Virus record (IMG/VR): IMGVR_UViG_3300021077_000115
Coordinates: 366,064-391,957 of that record
DNA: 25,894 nucleotides
Origin: a virus
Strand: one strand, 5' to 3'
Shown here: one piece after another, positions 24,067-25,894 of the stretch
Position numbering within the stretch: position 1 is the first letter of the stretch
Layout of the letters: every line of letters begins with the position of its first letter
Made by a program: the position numbers and the translations under genes
Notes under the pieces: model-generated
Database searches by the model: none
Seen by the model: only the letters and a program-made list of their open reading frames with translations
What the model was told of the DNA's origin: nothing

Positions 24067-24562
24067 TTCGATTTCCCTTTAAGGCATCTTGAGCTTTCAT
24101 GTTTTGATAATATAAACGCTGCGCATAAGGATCGTTTTCAAGTTTATCTTCAAGCTTCTGCTCATAATTCTCTACGAATTCATCAACAGCCTTAGATTCA
24201 TCTGGAGTAATTTCATGCGGCTCTAATACTTCTGTTGAAAATTCAGACCTGAAAAATCCACCCTCTCCTGTATCTAAAGATTCTTTTGCCTTAATCTTCT
24301 TATGTAAATCTCTCAAACCTTCTTCGGTCTGCAAGAATACTAAACTAGCAAAAGAAGAATCGCAGCCATCGACTCTCTCGATTAATTCCTTTAATATGAA
24401 AGAGGATATCTCTGATGCCTTAAATACATCAGTAACTTTTTTTGTCTTGAAAGGATCAATTCCCTCTGATTTCAAAGTTTCATATGTATTTTTATCTTCT
24501 GCTACGTCTTCTATTTCAGTAACTAATTCATCAATAACATTCACACTTCCTCCATTTTGCAA
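24044..24562 (-). CDS. Paralogue family member 3 (172 aa; contains two copies of the C-terminal motif)
   Basis: It contains YETLKSEGIDPFKTK, SLVFLQTEEGLRDLHKKIKAKESLDTGEGGFFRSE and a C-terminal NMKAQDALKGNRNGSFRRE. Confidence 0.6.
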   Translation of the reverse strand: MQNGGSVNVIDELVTEIEDVAEDKNTYETLKSEGIDPFKTKKVTDVFKASEISSFILKELIERVDGCDSSFASLVFLQTEEGLRDLHKKIKAKESLDTGEGGFFRSEFSTEVLEPHEITPDESKAVDEFVENYEQKLEDKLENDPYAQRLYYQNMKAQDALKGNRNGSFRRE

Positions 24563-25034
24563 CTTTATACATTCTAGAGAACATATAATTTTGACCCTCT
24601 TCTGTTTTCAACAGCGCAATCTCTTCTTTTAGTAAAATATTTGGTACGAGAGTATTAATTATCATTTTTGCAATATCTATCGAAAGAGAATTTTCACACC
24701 TAAACAAATCAATTCCATCAGCTATCATTGCTTGATGAGCCTCTCTGTCTTCGGCCTTACAAGCAGCCATCTCCTCATCAGATAATGACCGATTCTCATC
24801 TTCCGGTTCTGGCTCGTTTATAAATTCTACAAGCTTGGATATTTTTTGACAATATTTCTGTTCGTCTTCATCAGTCCAGTTGGCTAGATAGGTAGCGGCA
24901 GATTTCTCTTGTAGCGCAATCCACTTATTTAGCTTGTCAAGATTAATGACACCATCAGAAATAATCCCCTCAGGAACTCCATCATCTCCAGCTAATTCTT
25001 CAATCTTTTTCCTATCAATATCACTCAATTTCAT
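24531..25034 (-). CDS. Paralogue family member 2 (167 aa; divergent, lacks GGF tail)
   Basis: It contains QAMIADGIDLFRCENS and EEIALLKTEEGQNYMFSRMYKVAK. The ORF is directly contiguous with members 1 and 3. Confidence 0.5.
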   Translation of the reverse strand: MKLSDIDRKKIEELAGDDGVPEGIISDGVINLDKLNKWIALQEKSAATYLANWTDEDEQKYCQKISKLVEFINEPEPEDENRSLSDEEMAACKAEDREAHQAMIADGIDLFRCENSLSIDIAKMIINTLVPNILLKEEIALLKTEEGQNYMFSRMYKVAKWRKCECY

Positions 25035-25814
25035 TTACGCCCTCCTAAAAAATCCACCACCGCCTCCCGTAACAGCATCTTGGGCCTTTATCCTCTTGAA
25101 GTTATCAAGTTGAAGCTGCTTTCGCCCCTCATCAGTTTGCGACAGAGCTGTTTCATATGCTATTGGCTTATCATCCTGGCTCATTACTCTAGCCAGCTTA
25201 CTAACAATATCTGAAGACTCAAATTCCGAAGACCCCATTGTTGACGGTACTGATGACATAAATGGATCAAACCCAGACGCTTTTAGTTCAAGATAACTCT
25301 TTTGATCTTCTGGATCAATTTTTTCCTCTTTGGAAGTTTCTGTAATATCAGTGGTGGTATTATCGCCATAGGGATCTCCAACTCCCTGAATCATATTCGC
25401 AAATTCAGCAAGCTTACCGCCTTTACGAGCAGCAAATTCCTTACCCCTTTCTGCCAATTGAGCCGTTTTCATCAGCTCTTCTTTACCGATATTATCAGTA
25501 CGCTTGATAAGCTCATTATAACCAGGCGCAATCTTCAAATTACTCTCATCAAAATCACCGGGGCCGCCGCCTTTGCGATGGAACTTTTCTACAGGTTTAC
25601 CATCACCCATTTTCTGGAAACGGTAATTTGACATAAGCCAACCAGCAATGCCTTGAGGATCATTAGGCATCTTCTTGATCGCCTCTGTAAGTTCTTGCAG
25701 AAGCTCTTGAGTGGCGGTGTTCATTATTTCCCCGCCACACCCTGGGCAAATATTGCTTTGAATTGCATTCACCCACTCAGGTGGAATGTTTGCACCGCAT
25801 GACATACATCTCAT
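25035..25814 (-). CDS. Paralogue family member 1 (259 aa) with N-terminal CxxC...CxxC zinc ribbon
   Basis: The N-terminus is MRCMSCGANIPPEWVNAIQSNICPGCGGE. It also contains YLELKASGFDPFMSS, YETALSQTDEGRKQLQLDNFKRIKAQDAVTGGGGGFFRRA. A good SD (GGAGA) sits 4 nt before the ATG. Confidence 0.65.
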   Translation of the reverse strand: MRCMSCGANIPPEWVNAIQSNICPGCGGEIMNTATQELLQELTEAIKKMPNDPQGIAGWLMSNYRFQKMGDGKPVEKFHRKGGGPGDFDESNLKIAPGYNELIKRTDNIGKEELMKTAQLAERGKEFAARKGGKLAEFANMIQGVGDPYGDNTTTDITETSKEEKIDPEDQKSYLELKASGFDPFMSSVPSTMGSSEFESSDIVSKLARVMSQDDKPIAYETALSQTDEGRKQLQLDNFKRIKAQDAVTGGGGGFFRRA

Positions 25815-25846
25815 ACTATCTCCTATTACAAGGCCACTGTGAACTA

Positions 25847-25866
25847 CCCTTGCCTAAAGGCAAGGG
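25847..25866. other. GC-rich stem-loop (8-bp perfect stem cccttgcc / ggcaaggg, 4-nt loop) upstream of paralogue 1; possible terminator or regulatory hairpin
   Basis: The inverted repeat is visible directly. On the + strand it is followed by cuucuugg and on the minus strand by uaguucac, so the U-tract is weak either way. A second small hairpin, ggatc-gtcatt-gatcc, lies at 25873..25888. Confidence 0.3.
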
Positions 25867-25894
25867 CTTCTTGGATCGTCATTGATCCAACATA

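Noticed and set aside
1-25894. CRISPR arrays, rRNA, integrase or transposase, inverted terminal repeats
   Set aside because: I found no regularly spaced direct repeats, no rRNA-like conserved stretches, and no recombinase or transposase motifs (no R..H..R..Y or DDE patterns) in any long ORF.

Overview
This window looks like a contiguous segment of a tailed dsDNA phage (Caudoviricetes) genome or prophage. Nearly all credible genes lie on the minus strand, tightly packed, with many 1–50 nt overlaps and three ATGA stop/start couplings. Several genes have readable Shine–Dalgarno sites (GGAGA, AGAGGA), so the host probably uses SD-dependent initiation. GC content is modest, so the host is probably not high-GC.

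In transcription order (high to low coordinates) the layout is:
- 23445–25814: a tandem array of five small paralogous ORFs that share conserved motifs. I do not recognise this family.
- 22236–23445: three small hypothetical genes.
- 16828–22226: a recombination/replication module. It holds a RecA-family recombinase, a small ORF, an SSB-like protein with an acidic tail, a strong hairpin terminator, a RuvC-like resolvase and a complete DnaJ homologue. It also holds a double zinc-ribbon protein ATGA-coupled to a DnaG-type TOPRIM primase core, and a sigma-70 region-4-like HTH protein.
- 16404–16827: a ~420-bp non-coding boundary region with hairpins and a motif (ATAATACAGC) that recurs upstream of another gene.
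- 7193–16403: a long operon of large, mostly unrecognisable proteins. These are a 163-aa protein, a 508-aa protein with an internal duplication, a 1423-aa giant protein, a 272-aa protein and a 652-aa proline-rich protein.
- 5958–7183: a class-II tRNA nucleotidyltransferase (CCA-adding / poly(A) polymerase) head+neck domain that lacks the body and tail. It is ATGA-coupled to a 160-aa Cys/His-containing ORF.
- 3876–5744: two hypothetical proteins, one carrying a ~45-residue poly-Asp/Glu tract, sitting where a small terminase would normally be.
- 10–3818: the terminase large subunit, then a putative portal protein whose C-terminal ~60 residues are a GC-rich Gly/Pro low-complexity tail.

I found no tRNA, rRNA, CRISPR array or transposase.

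The features most worth follow-up are the five-member paralogue array with its C-terminal ...KA[QK]...GGGF[F/M/K]R motif, and the truncated or split CCA-adding enzyme. Also worth follow-up are the split primase, the phage-borne DnaJ, and the sigma-like factor at the early/late boundary next to a shared promoter-like motif.
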